Shown piece after piece: positions 51,626-60,706 of a DNA stretch of 64,000 nucleotides; positions within the stretch are counted from its first letter, which is position 1; each line of letters opens with the position of its first letter. Both the position numbers and the translations under genes were made by a program. The notes under the pieces are model-generated. The model saw nothing but the letters and a program-made list of their open reading frames with translations, was not told where the DNA came from and ran no database searches. This DNA comes from Gammaproteobacteria bacterium (GTDB lineage Bacteria; Pseudomonadota; Gammaproteobacteria; Eutrophobiales; Eutrophobiaceae), in assembly GCA_965116495.1 (NCBI GenBank), contig OZ220696.1, positions 3,968,001-4,032,000 on the forward strand. The letters run 5' to 3'.

Positions 51626-51667
51626 GGGGTCAGAGTAAGAAATTCGAAGAATTTTTGCTCTGACCCC
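51626..51667. repeat. GGGGTCAGAGTAA-family element (copy 3)
   Basis: ggggtcagagtaagaaattcgaagaatttttgctctgacccc. Confidence 0.88.
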
Positions 51668-51687
51668 ATTGAATGGGGGGAGAAACC

Positions 51688-52536
51688 GTGCCGGACATAG
51701 CTTACAGAGACCTCACCGACGAAGAAATAACAGCCTACCAGGAAGAAGGCGCAGTAGTGGTGCCGCAATGCGTCGACCCGATATGGATAGAACGCATGAT
51801 CAAGGCCATAGACCGGCAGCTTGCCAGCCCCAGCGTATGGGTGCATGATACCAATCCGGGTGGGAACCAGGAACGTTTTCTCCATGACCGTTACCTGTGG
51901 CCTACCGATACGGACTTCAGGGAGTTTGCGTTCAACTCAGGGGTGGCTGAACTGGCCGCCCAGGCCATGGGGTCGGATAGCGCGCGTATCTATTTCGACC
52001 ACGTGTTCGTCAAGGAACCGAATACGCCGGAAGAGTTTTTCTGGCACCAGGACCTGCCTTACTGGCCGTTCAAGGGAGAGCAGATCTGCTCGGTCTGGCT
52101 GTCCCTGACCGACGCCGATCTCAGGTCGAGCGGCCTCGAATTCGTGCGCGGTTCACATAACTGGGACAAATGGTTCAGGCCGGTGTTGCCCGACGGCGGG
52201 GAAGACACCAGCCAGGCCGAGTGGATCGGGTCCAGTTCCGAGGAGGAAATACCTGATTTCAACGCCCTGAGGGATGATTACGAGTTCCTGTCTTACGAGA
52301 CCAGGGCAGGGGACGCCATAATCTTCAACACGTCCATCATCCACACGTCCCACGGCAATTTCTCACCCACCCGGCGGCGCCTGGCCCTGTCCACGCGCTG
52401 GCTCGGCGACGATGCCTGCTGGGACCCGCGCCCCGGTACCGACCCGATCGTGACCCAGGAGCATGTTTCCATCAGTCCCGGCGCTCCCGCCAGGGATGAG
52501 AAGGCCTTTCCACTGGTGTGGCAGGCCGAGGCCTGA
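51688..52536 (+). CDS. PhyH-family Fe(II)/2-oxoglutarate dioxygenase
   Basis: WHQD (HxD), distal H in IIHTSHGN, RRLALSTR; GGAG RBS before the GTG. Confidence 0.9.
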   Translation: MPDIAYRDLTDEEITAYQEEGAVVVPQCVDPIWIERMIKAIDRQLASPSVWVHDTNPGGNQERFLHDRYLWPTDTDFREFAFNSGVAELAAQAMGSDSARIYFDHVFVKEPNTPEEFFWHQDLPYWPFKGEQICSVWLSLTDADLRSSGLEFVRGSHNWDKWFRPVLPDGGEDTSQAEWIGSSSEEEIPDFNALRDDYEFLSYETRAGDAIIFNTSIIHTSHGNFSPTRRRLALSTRWLGDDACWDPRPGTDPIVTQEHVSISPGAPARDEKAFPLVWQAEA

Positions 52537-52553
52537 GGGGCCAGCAGATACCT

Positions 52554-52590
52554 GGGGTCAGAGTAAGAAATTCGCCAGAATTTTTACTCT
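52554..52590. repeat. GGGGTCAGAGTAA-family element (copy 4, right end degenerate)
   Basis: ggggtcagagtaagaaattcgccagaatttttactct. Confidence 0.8.
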
Positions 52591-52631
52591 AAAGCGCGTT
52601 ACCCGGCCCGCCTGCTGGAGAACTTTCACCG

Positions 52632-52718
52632 TGAAAAATCCGCATATTATGCGGGTTTTCTCGAATGGTTTTTCCGGCAGTAAACATTCATGTTGAAAAA
52701 TCCGTATTTTAAGCGGAT
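52632..52718. promoter_or_regulatory. two related operator-like palindromes upstream of abiEi
   Basis: tgaaaaatccgcatattatgcggg and tgaaaaatccgtattttaagcgga; AbiEi proteins are known to autorepress via paired inverted repeats. Confidence 0.55.
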
Positions 52719-52726
52719 AATAAAGC

Positions 52727-53554
52727 ATGATTCACGATAAGCGTTCAACACTGTCATCCTATGCTTCCCGCTTGCTGTCAGAGGGGCGATTAGTCTTCTC
52801 GGCAGGCGAGGCCGAGAGGGCACTGGGAATCAGTAGGGGCGCGTTTCTGGACGCCGCCGAGCGACTCCAGCGCCGCAAGCACCTCGTCAAACCAAGACGC
52901 GGGTTCTATGTCGTGGTACCGCCCCAGTACGCGTCCTGGGGCGCCCCGCCCCCGAGTTGGTATATTGATGACCTCATGCGGCATGAAGGGCGACCGTATT
53001 ATGTCGGCCTCCTCAAGGCGGCCGAGTTGAGTGGCGCTACGCATCAGGCCGTCATGGAGTTCCAGGTTGTCACGGACAAACGGCTGCCGAAACTCCACGT
53101 TGGCAGGACTCTGATCGCTTTCTATTATCGCAAAGATCTGAAAACTGTCCTGAATGGCATAGAGGACCGCAAGACCAACACTGGCAAGATGAATGCGTCC
53201 TCCGTCGAACTCACAGCGCTCGACCTTCTGCGCTACCCCCATGCCGCCGGCGGTATGGACAACATCGTTACCGCCTTGACAGATCTCGGGCCGAAACTCA
53301 GATCACAAGAACTGGCAGAGCTTTCATCGGCGGTGGAGCGCCCGGTCATTCAGCGTCTCGGCTACCTGCTGGACCGGCTCGGACACGAGGGTCGTACCGG
53401 CTCGTTGTTCAATACGCTGTCTGGCAGCGGCGCTTTTCCGTGGGTCGAACTTGACAGCAAGGAAACCCGCCATCCTGAATTCACCTTGCCGCCACTGGAG
53501 CGTGACGAACGATGGCGCGTCATCGTTCGCCGCCCGCCGGAGATTGATGAATGA
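52727..53554 (+). CDS. AbiEi-family type IV TA antitoxin
   Basis: N-terminal wHTH, RGFYVVVP, YYVGLLKAAE..GA.HQ, TALDL, QRLGYLL. Confidence 0.88.
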   Translation: MIHDKRSTLSSYASRLLSEGRLVFSAGEAERALGISRGAFLDAAERLQRRKHLVKPRRGFYVVVPPQYASWGAPPPSWYIDDLMRHEGRPYYVGLLKAAELSGATHQAVMEFQVVTDKRLPKLHVGRTLIAFYYRKDLKTVLNGIEDRKTNTGKMNASSVELTALDLLRYPHAAGGMDNIVTALTDLGPKLRSQELAELSSAVERPVIQRLGYLLDRLGHEGRTGSLFNTLSGSGAFPWVELDSKETRHPEFTLPPLERDERWRVIVRRPPEIDE

Positions 53555-54411
53555 TCCCTGTGATGAACATCATTGCCTGGGGAAATGTCGTCCCTTGGGT
53601 AGAGCAACGCCAGGTTGAGCAAGATCTCATCATAAGCCGCGCACTTGTCGAGATGTTTTCCGATCCCGGGTTGTCCCGGCAACTACGATTCCGGGGTGGT
53701 ACAGCGCTTAACAAACTCCATTTTTCCCAGCCCTTTCGCTATTCGGAAGACATTGACCTCGTCAGGACCGAGGCGGGACCAGTTGGCCCCGTTCTCGATG
53801 CTATTCGAACTGCTCTTGAGCCTTGGCTGGGGCAAGCAAATTTCCGTCAAAGCGCCGTATCGCCCAGACTTTTGTTCCGGGCTGAAGCTGAAGACCGGGA
53901 GGCAGCTGCTCCGATCCGCCTGAAAGTCGAAATCAATACGCGTGAGATTGAGACGTTCGATCCGCCAGTCGCCGTTCCTTTCGAAGTAGAAAACCCCTGG
54001 TTCAGTGGAGCGGCCGAAATACCGACTTTCTCGCCCGAGGAAATGCTTGCCACGAAACTCAGGGCTCTCCTACAGAGAAACAAGGGGCGTGACCTGTTCG
54101 ATCTCGCTCATGGACTGCGCACGTTTGACGGATTGAACAAAGTACGGATCGTGGAAAGCCTGGCGTTCTATCTTAAAACATCAGGCTTGAGCATTTCACG
54201 CGCCATGGCGCAGCAGCGAATGTTTGCCAAGCTCGCAATTCCCGCTTTTCTTACGGATATGCGACCGCTAGTTCCGGCCGACCGTGCCGAAACCCTGAAC
54301 GAGGAGGCTACGAAGGACGCATTCAGGCGGGTCCTGTCGGAACTAATCGACCTCATCCCGGGCGAGGATTGGAAGGTGACTCCAGACATGATTGAGCGCT
54401 TTGCGCTTTAA
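53551..54411 (+). CDS. AbiEii/AbiGii nucleotidyltransferase toxin
   Basis: EQD, FRGGTAL, RYSEDIDL, KLRAL, KGRDLFDL; ATGA overlap with abiEi. Confidence 0.92.
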   Translation: MIPVMNIIAWGNVVPWVEQRQVEQDLIISRALVEMFSDPGLSRQLRFRGGTALNKLHFSQPFRYSEDIDLVRTEAGPVGPVLDAIRTALEPWLGQANFRQSAVSPRLLFRAEAEDREAAAPIRLKVEINTREIETFDPPVAVPFEVENPWFSGAAEIPTFSPEEMLATKLRALLQRNKGRDLFDLAHGLRTFDGLNKVRIVESLAFYLKTSGLSISRAMAQQRMFAKLAIPAFLTDMRPLVPADRAETLNEEATKDAFRRVLSELIDLIPGEDWKVTPDMIERFAL

Positions 54412-54625
54412 ATCCGGGGATGCTGTATTTGCCGTCCTGTGTCTGGAGGGACAGAGTGCATTGATGGAAGGGGCCAGACGATGAGATTAAATGGATTACC
54501 CATCTACGGCGAGAACATCAGTGCATAACAGATAGCGGAAAATTGTAATATTCCGTCTAATATATGCCAGCAATCGAACTATACTGGTACATCCCTGAAC
54601 CACTTATTTTCATTTGGGGTGCAAC

Positions 54626-54874
54626 ATGGCGGGAAAAGCATTTGTCGGCGTTGCCAAACTGTTCATGAATGGTCGCAGTCAGGCTGTGAGGTTGCCGGCT
54701 GAATGCAGGTTCGATACAGACGAAGTCACTATCCAGAAACTGGGCAATACTGTGATCATCAGCCCGAAGACAAATCGCTGGGATGAATTTTTTGCAAGAG
54801 AGGCCCTGCCAGAAGACGAACGAATTCCGGATATCGAGGAGATGGAGTATGAGCAACGGGAAGTCTTTAACTGA
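54626..54874 (+). CDS. VapB (AbrB/MazE-fold) antitoxin
   Basis: AKLFMNGRSQAVRLP.ECRF, WDEFF. Confidence 0.9.
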   Translation: MAGKAFVGVAKLFMNGRSQAVRLPAECRFDTDEVTIQKLGNTVIISPKTNRWDEFFAREALPEDERIPDIEEMEYEQREVFN

Positions 54875-54984
54875 ATGATATGCTGATCGCGTCCCATGCC
54901 CGCAGTATTGGAGCAACATTAGTAACAAATAATATCCAGGAGTTTAACCGGGTAGAGAGTTTGCAAGTAGAGAGCTGGATCTGA
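54874..54984 (+). pseudogene. C-terminal remnant of a VapC toxin
   Basis: manual translation NDMLIASHARSIGATLVTNNIQEFNRVESLQVESWI*; most of the PIN domain is missing. Confidence 0.85.
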
Positions 54985-55021
54985 AAATTTGCGGCCCGAT
55001 TATCTTTATCTCCGGTGTTAA

Positions 55022-57108
55022 CCCAAGTTTACCAAGATTCACTGGCATTTAGTTGGATGTTGCTATTTTCTGCCGGGTTCGTCATCGTAACGCATTGATT
55101 TTTGGTGAGTGACGGGTTGTCTGGCCATTGTAGTGCCATAATATGAATATTTATATTGACATCGGTGTGGTAGAGCGGTATCCTCTCCCCCTATGTTCAT
55201 CCGCCGTACCCTCACCCGCCGTACCGACGGCCAGGCCTATTACTCCCACCGCCTGGTGCACAGTGAGCGCGCGGGCACCAAGGTGCGCCAACGCACCCTG
55301 CTGAACCTCGGCAGCGAGTTTGCTATCGACAAACAACACTGGCCGACCCTGTGCCAACGTATTGAGGCGTTGCGCCAGGGCCAGACGTCGCTGCTGGCGA
55401 GCCTGCCCGCCGGCGTGGAGAGTGCGGCACAACAGATTAGCGCCCAACTGCTGGCCCGGTCTCGACCGGACGAGACGGGAACGGCGCCGGCGTGGATGGC
55501 AGTCGATCTGGACTCGCTGGCCTTGACCCGCCCGCGCAGCGTGGGCGTGGAGCAGGTGGGGTTGTGGGCCCTGGCACAGGTGGGGCTGGACGAGTTACTC
55601 GCGGCACAGGGCGTCAATGCATCCCTGCGCGCCGCCACCATCGGCTCCATCGTGGGCCGGCTGGCGTGCCCGGCCTCGGAGCGGGCCACCCATGCCTGGT
55701 TATGCGAGCGCAGTGCCCTGGGCGAGTTGCTGGACGTGAACTTCGAACGCATGGGCGCCATGCAGTTGTACCGGGCTTCCGATGCGCTGCTCAAACACCG
55801 TGCGGTCATTGAGACACACCTGTTCGCGCAGGCCATGGACTTGTTTGACCTGGCGCCGACGGTCACCCTGTATGACCTGACCAACACCTACTACGAGGGC
55901 GAGGCCCACGGGCAGCCGCTGGCGCAGCGCGGCCATTCGAAAGAGAAACGCAGCGACTGCAAGCTGCTCACCCTGGGGCTGGTGCTCGATGCGAGCGGCT
56001 TCGTGCGCCGTTCACGGGTGTTTGCCGGCAACGTGCGCGAGGAGACCACCCTGGCCGGGATGCTGGAGGCGCTCAAGACCCCGCCGGGGGCCTTGGTCAT
56101 TCTCGACCGGGGCATCGCCACCGAGGCGCAGGTCACCTGGCTCAAGGATAACGACTACCGTTACATCGTGGTGAGCCGGGAACAACAGCGCCGGTTCGAC
56201 GTGGACGCCGCCCTGGCCCATCGTACCCGTGGGGGCGAGACGGTCCAACTGGAGCAGGTGGCCGATGCCAAGGCCGGTGAGGTGCGCCTGTACTGTTACT
56301 CGGCGGCGCGGGCCGAGAAAGAGCGCGCCATCGCCGAACGCTTCATGGCGCGCTTTGAGCAGGGCCTCAGCGCGCTGCACGAGGGCCTGTCCCGGCCGCG
56401 TACGCGCAAGCAGCCAGGCTACGTCCGGGAACGTATCGGACGCTTGAAAGCCCGCAGCCACGGCATCGGCCAGCACTATACCATCGAGGTCGACACCGAT
56501 GCCAAGGGCCAACGGGCCGTGGCCGTACGCTGGCAGCGCCAGCCGGTCACCGGCTCGATGCTCACCCACCCCGGCATCTATTGCCTGCGCAGCAACCTCA
56601 CCGACTGGGATGAGGCGCGGCTGTGGCAGACCTACACCCTGCTCACCGACATCGAAGCAGTGTTCCGCGCCTTGAAATCCGAGCTGGGATTGCGCCCCAT
56701 CTATCACCGCACGCCCCGACGCGCCGAGGGCCACCTGTTCATCACCGTCATCGCCTACCAACTGGTCCAGGTGGTCCGCCGTCGTCTGGCCGCGCACGGC
56801 GATGAATCCTGCCGCAACGCAAGTTGGACCACGCTGCGGCGCATCCTCGGCGCCCGTCAGCGGGTGACCGCCACGGTCCGGCGCAAAGACGGACGTACCG
56901 TGCACGTGCGCAAGGCCACCCGTCCGGAACCGCCGCAACAGGCCATCCTGGACGCCTTGGGAATTCGTGGACCACCCGGCGGTACGCAGAAAGAGATCGT
57001 CTGAGTACAGCGTCCGCAACATGGCGCGAATGTAGTGCCATAAGCGGAATTATGTCAATCTAACCCATTGACATATAACGATTTATTTTTTAGATTGGTA
57101 AACTTGGG
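55022..57108 (+). mobile_element. complete IS1634-family insertion sequence
   Basis: perfect 14-bp terminal IRs CCCAAGTTTACCAA / TTGGTAAACTTGGG, each flanked by TTAA (55018-21, 57109-12). Confidence 0.88.
55193..57004 (+). CDS. IS1634-family DDE transposase
   Basis: YDLTNTYYEG, GHSKEKRSD, ILDRG, IEAVFRALKSELGLRPIYH; visibly GC-richer than its flanks. Confidence 0.92.
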   Translation: MFIRRTLTRRTDGQAYYSHRLVHSERAGTKVRQRTLLNLGSEFAIDKQHWPTLCQRIEALRQGQTSLLASLPAGVESAAQQISAQLLARSRPDETGTAPAWMAVDLDSLALTRPRSVGVEQVGLWALAQVGLDELLAAQGVNASLRAATIGSIVGRLACPASERATHAWLCERSALGELLDVNFERMGAMQLYRASDALLKHRAVIETHLFAQAMDLFDLAPTVTLYDLTNTYYEGEAHGQPLAQRGHSKEKRSDCKLLTLGLVLDASGFVRRSRVFAGNVREETTLAGMLEALKTPPGALVILDRGIATEAQVTWLKDNDYRYIVVSREQQRRFDVDAALAHRTRGGETVQLEQVADAKAGEVRLYCYSAARAEKERAIAERFMARFEQGLSALHEGLSRPRTRKQPGYVRERIGRLKARSHGIGQHYTIEVDTDAKGQRAVAVRWQRQPVTGSMLTHPGIYCLRSNLTDWDEARLWQTYTLLTDIEAVFRALKSELGLRPIYHRTPRRAEGHLFITVIAYQLVQVVRRRLAAHGDESCRNASWTTLRRILGARQRVTATVRRKDGRTVHVRKATRPEPPQQAILDALGIRGPPGGTQKEIV

Positions 57109-57169
57109 TTAAGATATAACCCGAAGCGGCCCCTGAGGGGTCAGGCCAGTCCAGATTTATCTTCTGATT

Positions 57170-57466
57170 TTACGCAACGGCTGAAATCTGGTTAAGTGTC
57201 TTACCCAATATTTTACTGGCTTCTTCCAGATCATCATCACCCTGTAATCCCAACCAGAATTTTTCACTATTACCAAAATAACGGGCAAGACGTAACGCCG
57301 TGTCCGCGGTAATTGCCCGCTTGCCAAGAACGATTTCATTTATTCGTCTCGGCGGAACAGAAATATCTCTGGCCAGTTTATTCTGGCTGATACCCATCGG
57401 CTGCAAAAATTTATGGAGGAGAATATCGCCGGGATGGATATTTTTTAGTCTCGTCATCTGTTTCAC
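57170..57466 (-). CDS. higA: HigA family antitoxin
   Basis: IHPGDIL, RRINEIVLGKRAITADTALRLARYFGNS..FWL.LQ. Confidence 0.92.
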   Translation of the reverse strand: MKQMTRLKNIHPGDILLHKFLQPMGISQNKLARDISVPPRRINEIVLGKRAITADTALRLARYFGNSEKFWLGLQGDDDLEEASKILGKTLNQISAVA

Positions 57467-57508
57467 CTAATGATAATCAACGATTTCAACTTGATATGCA
57501 TTGCAGCC
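57467..57508 (-). pseudogene. 3' remnant of a HigB toxin
   Basis: reverse-strand translation GCNAYQVEIVDYH* directly upstream of higA; VEIVDYH is the typical HigB C-terminus. Confidence 0.8.
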
Positions 57509-57565
57509 AAAACAGGGAAATTCTTAAACCGCAGGTGGATCAGGTTACGGGGAGAGGGTCAATGC

Positions 57566-60500
57566 TTACCCAACATGGGCTGTCTCCTTAGGCATGTGAG
57601 GCTCATTGCGATGCAGCATCCGATAAAGCGCCGGGATCACAAACAACGTCAGTAAGGTGGATGAAATCACACCGCCAATCACCACGGTGGCCAACGGTCG
57701 TTGCACTTCCGAACCGATACCGGTATTCAGTGCCATGGGAACAAAGCCCAGGGAGGCGACAAGTGCTGTGGTAAGCACCGGACGCAAACGTGTTAAGGCA
57801 CCTTCGGTAATGGCCTGATCCAAAGGTAATTTATCTTTGATCAATTCCCGGATAAACGACACCATCACCAGGCCGTTGAGAACAGCGATACCCGACAGTG
57901 CGATAAATCCCACAGCAGCGGAAATGGAAAAGGGAATATCCCGCAACATCAGCGCAGCAACGCCGCCGGTCAACGCCAGCGGCACACCAGAAAAAATAAT
58001 CATGGCGTCTTTAAAAGATCCCAGTGCCAGCACCAACAAGCCAACGATCATGAGCAGTGTGACTGGCACCACAATCGACAGACGCTGTGAGGCCGACTGC
58101 AATTTCTGATAGGTGCCGCCGTACTCCACCCAGTAACCCGCAGGCAGTTCTACCGAGTTGTTAATGGCGCTCTGAATATCCGCTACAAAACTCCCCAGAT
58201 CACGGTCCCGCACGTTGGCGGTAACCACAACTCGGCGCTTGCCGTTTTCACGGTTAATCTGATTGACCCCTTCCATGCTCTCCAGTGTCGCCAGCTCCTG
58301 CAAGGGAACACTCATACCATCGGATAGATGGATGGGTAGACGGAGCATGGCATCCACATCATTACGCAGAGACTCATCGAGTCGCACAACGATATCCGCA
58401 CGCCGGTCTCCCTCGTAAAACTTGCCAGCTACACGCCCACCAAAGGCCGTCGCCAGTTGTTCCTGTACCTCCATTTTACTGACACCATACTGGGCCAGCT
58501 TGTCCAGCTTCGGTACGATCACCAGCATCGGTAGGCCGGTGGTCTGTTCCGCCTGCACATCGGCAATACCCTCAACAGCCCCTATAGCAGCTTCAATAGC
58601 ATCACCCAGTGTCGCTAGCATCTCCAGGTCATCTCCAAACACTTTAATGGCCAGCTCCGCCCGCACACCGGACAACAGCTCGTTAAAACGCATTTGAATC
58701 GGCTGCAAAAATTCGTAGCGGTTGCCGGGAATATCGCTGACCAATGCATCCAGCTCAGCCACTACTTGATTTTTGGGTTTACTCGGGTCGGGCCACTGAT
58801 CGCGGGGTTTCAGAATAATAAAATTGTCCGCCACGCTAGGGGGTACCGCATCGGTAGCGACATCCGCCGTACCGATTTTGGCGAAGACCCGCTCAACTTC
58901 CGGCAGGGCTTTAATGCGCTCTTCCAACGTCTCCTGCATGGCAATCGCCTGGCTCAGGGACGTTCCAGGAATGCGCAGTGCGTGCATGGCAATATCACCT
59001 TCGTCCAGATTGGGCGCAAATTCGCTGCCCAGACGCGTCGCGCCAAAACCACTGATGATAACCAAAAGCGTGGCAAGTCCAACAAACAGCCCACGATGAT
59101 TGAGCACCCAAGCCAATGCAGGCTGATACAGCGATAATGCACCACTGGTAATAACATTGCGCTTTTCCTGCACCGGTTTTTTAAACAGCAGCGCAATCAT
59201 CGCTGGAACAAAGGTGACAGACAGCACCATAGCACTGAGCAGGGCTATCACCACGGTAATGGCCATCGGATGGAACATTTTGCCCTCGGTACCTTCCAAG
59301 GCAAAAATCGGCAGGTAGACCGCGGTGATAATGAATACACCAAATAGCGCTGGTCGTATGACTTCGCGGGTTGCTTCAAACACCAATTCGAGACGTTCAC
59401 GAACCGCCAGCACTTGTCCGCTGGCACTGGACTGACTTAGTCGCCGCAGGCAGTTTTCAACAATAATAATGGCACCATCAACCAGCAAGCCAAAATCCAG
59501 AGCGCCGAGGCTCATCAGGTTGGCGCTGACCCGCGTTTGCACCATGCCGGTGATGGTCATCAGCATGGCGAAGGGAATCACCAACGCGGTCAGAAACGCC
59601 GCACGGATATTGCCCAGCAACAGGAACAAAATAACGATAACCAGCAGCGCCCCTTCGGCCAGGTTGGTCTGCACGGTGGTCAGGGTTTTATCCACCAGTT
59701 TGGTTCGATCATAAACCGCCGTCGCCGCCACTCCTTCCGGCAGGTTCTCATTGATCTCCTTCAGCTTTTCAGCGACGCCATTGGCAACGGTGCGACTGTT
59801 TTCGCCAATCAGAATAAACACCGTACTCATGACCACTTCACGCCCGTTCTGTGTTGCCGCGCCGATACGTAGTCCTTTCCCTTCACTGACCTGCGCCACA
59901 TCAGCGATTCTGACTGTGGCACCATCCTGAGTGGCGAGGGGAATCTGGCTGATATCGTCGATGACTTCCGCCTGTCCGGGGATTCGCATCAACCACTGGG
60001 CACCGTTGCGCTCTATAAACCCGGTACCCTGATTGCTGTTATTAGCGTTGATCGCCGCCACCACATCGGCTTGGGTCAAGCCAAATGCCAGCAGACGTGC
60101 CGGATCAAAGGCGACCAGAATCTCGCGCTCGTAGCCACCGATGGGATTGACTTCCACCACGCCGGGCACCCGCATCAGTTGCGGGCGAATAATCCAGTCA
60201 TGCACCGCGCGCAGGTCCATGGGCGTAATGGGGTGGCCGTCTTCGTTGGTGGCGCCGGGTTCGGCATCTACCGTGAACATAAAGATCTCACCGAGACCGG
60301 TGGCAATCGGCCCCATTTCAGGCTCCAGTCCACTCGGCAGTCTGGAGCGGGCGGCCGAAAGCCGCTCATTGACCAGCTGGCGGGCAAAATAGATATCGGT
60401 GTCATCGCTAAAAACAGCGACCACCTGTGACAGCCCATAGCGGGAGACCGAGCGGGTATGTGCTAATCCGGGCAATCCCGCTAACGAGGTTTCCAGCGGC

Positions 60501-60697
60501 AGGAAGCGCTGTTCCACTTCCAGGGGGGTAAAGCCCGGCGCTTCGGTGTTGATCATCACCTGTACATTGGTGATGTCGGGTACGGCATCAATGGGTAGCC
60601 TGGTGAAATTCCAGGCACCCAGCGCCGCCAGCGCCAAAACCAGCAGGATCACGACACCATTGCGGTGTATGGAAAACCGTAAAATCCTGTCCAGCAT
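57566..60697 (-). CDS. czcA: CzcA/CusA heavy-metal efflux RND permease
   Basis: IDAVPDITNVQV, LMSLGALDFG, GIAVLNG, RLRPVL, EVQRPLATVVIGG. Confidence 0.95.
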   Translation of the reverse strand: MLDRILRFSIHRNGVVILLVLALAALGAWNFTRLPIDAVPDITNVQVMINTEAPGFTPLEVEQRFLPLETSLAGLPGLAHTRSVSRYGLSQVVAVFSDDTDIYFARQLVNERLSAARSRLPSGLEPEMGPIATGLGEIFMFTVDAEPGATNEDGHPITPMDLRAVHDWIIRPQLMRVPGVVEVNPIGGYEREILVAFDPARLLAFGLTQADVVAAINANNSNQGTGFIERNGAQWLMRIPGQAEVIDDISQIPLATQDGATVRIADVAQVSEGKGLRIGAATQNGREVVMSTVFILIGENSRTVANGVAEKLKEINENLPEGVAATAVYDRTKLVDKTLTTVQTNLAEGALLVIVILFLLLGNIRAAFLTALVIPFAMLMTITGMVQTRVSANLMSLGALDFGLLVDGAIIIVENCLRRLSQSSASGQVLAVRERLELVFEATREVIRPALFGVFIITAVYLPIFALEGTEGKMFHPMAITVVIALLSAMVLSVTFVPAMIALLFKKPVQEKRNVITSGALSLYQPALAWVLNHRGLFVGLATLLVIISGFGATRLGSEFAPNLDEGDIAMHALRIPGTSLSQAIAMQETLEERIKALPEVERVFAKIGTADVATDAVPPSVADNFIILKPRDQWPDPSKPKNQVVAELDALVSDIPGNRYEFLQPIQMRFNELLSGVRAELAIKVFGDDLEMLATLGDAIEAAIGAVEGIADVQAEQTTGLPMLVIVPKLDKLAQYGVSKMEVQEQLATAFGGRVAGKFYEGDRRADIVVRLDESLRNDVDAMLRLPIHLSDGMSVPLQELATLESMEGVNQINRENGKRRVVVTANVRDRDLGSFVADIQSAINNSVELPAGYWVEYGGTYQKLQSASQRLSIVVPVTLLMIVGLLVLALGSFKDAMIIFSGVPLALTGGVAALMLRDIPFSISAAVGFIALSGIAVLNGLVMVSFIRELIKDKLPLDQAITEGALTRLRPVLTTALVASLGFVPMALNTGIGSEVQRPLATVVIGGVISSTLLTLFVIPALYRMLHRNEPHMPKETAHVG

Positions 60698-60706
60698 GGG
60701 CTGCTC

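Noticed and set aside
49284-52590. Integron attC cassette array
   Set aside because: The repeats lack RYYYAAC/GTTRRRY ends and there is no intI; treated as REP-like instead
56012-57022. Long antisense ORFs (also 12331-13572, 31389-32378, 42985-43962, 50148-51200)
   Set aside because: Shadow frames of GC-rich genes with no recognisable motifs
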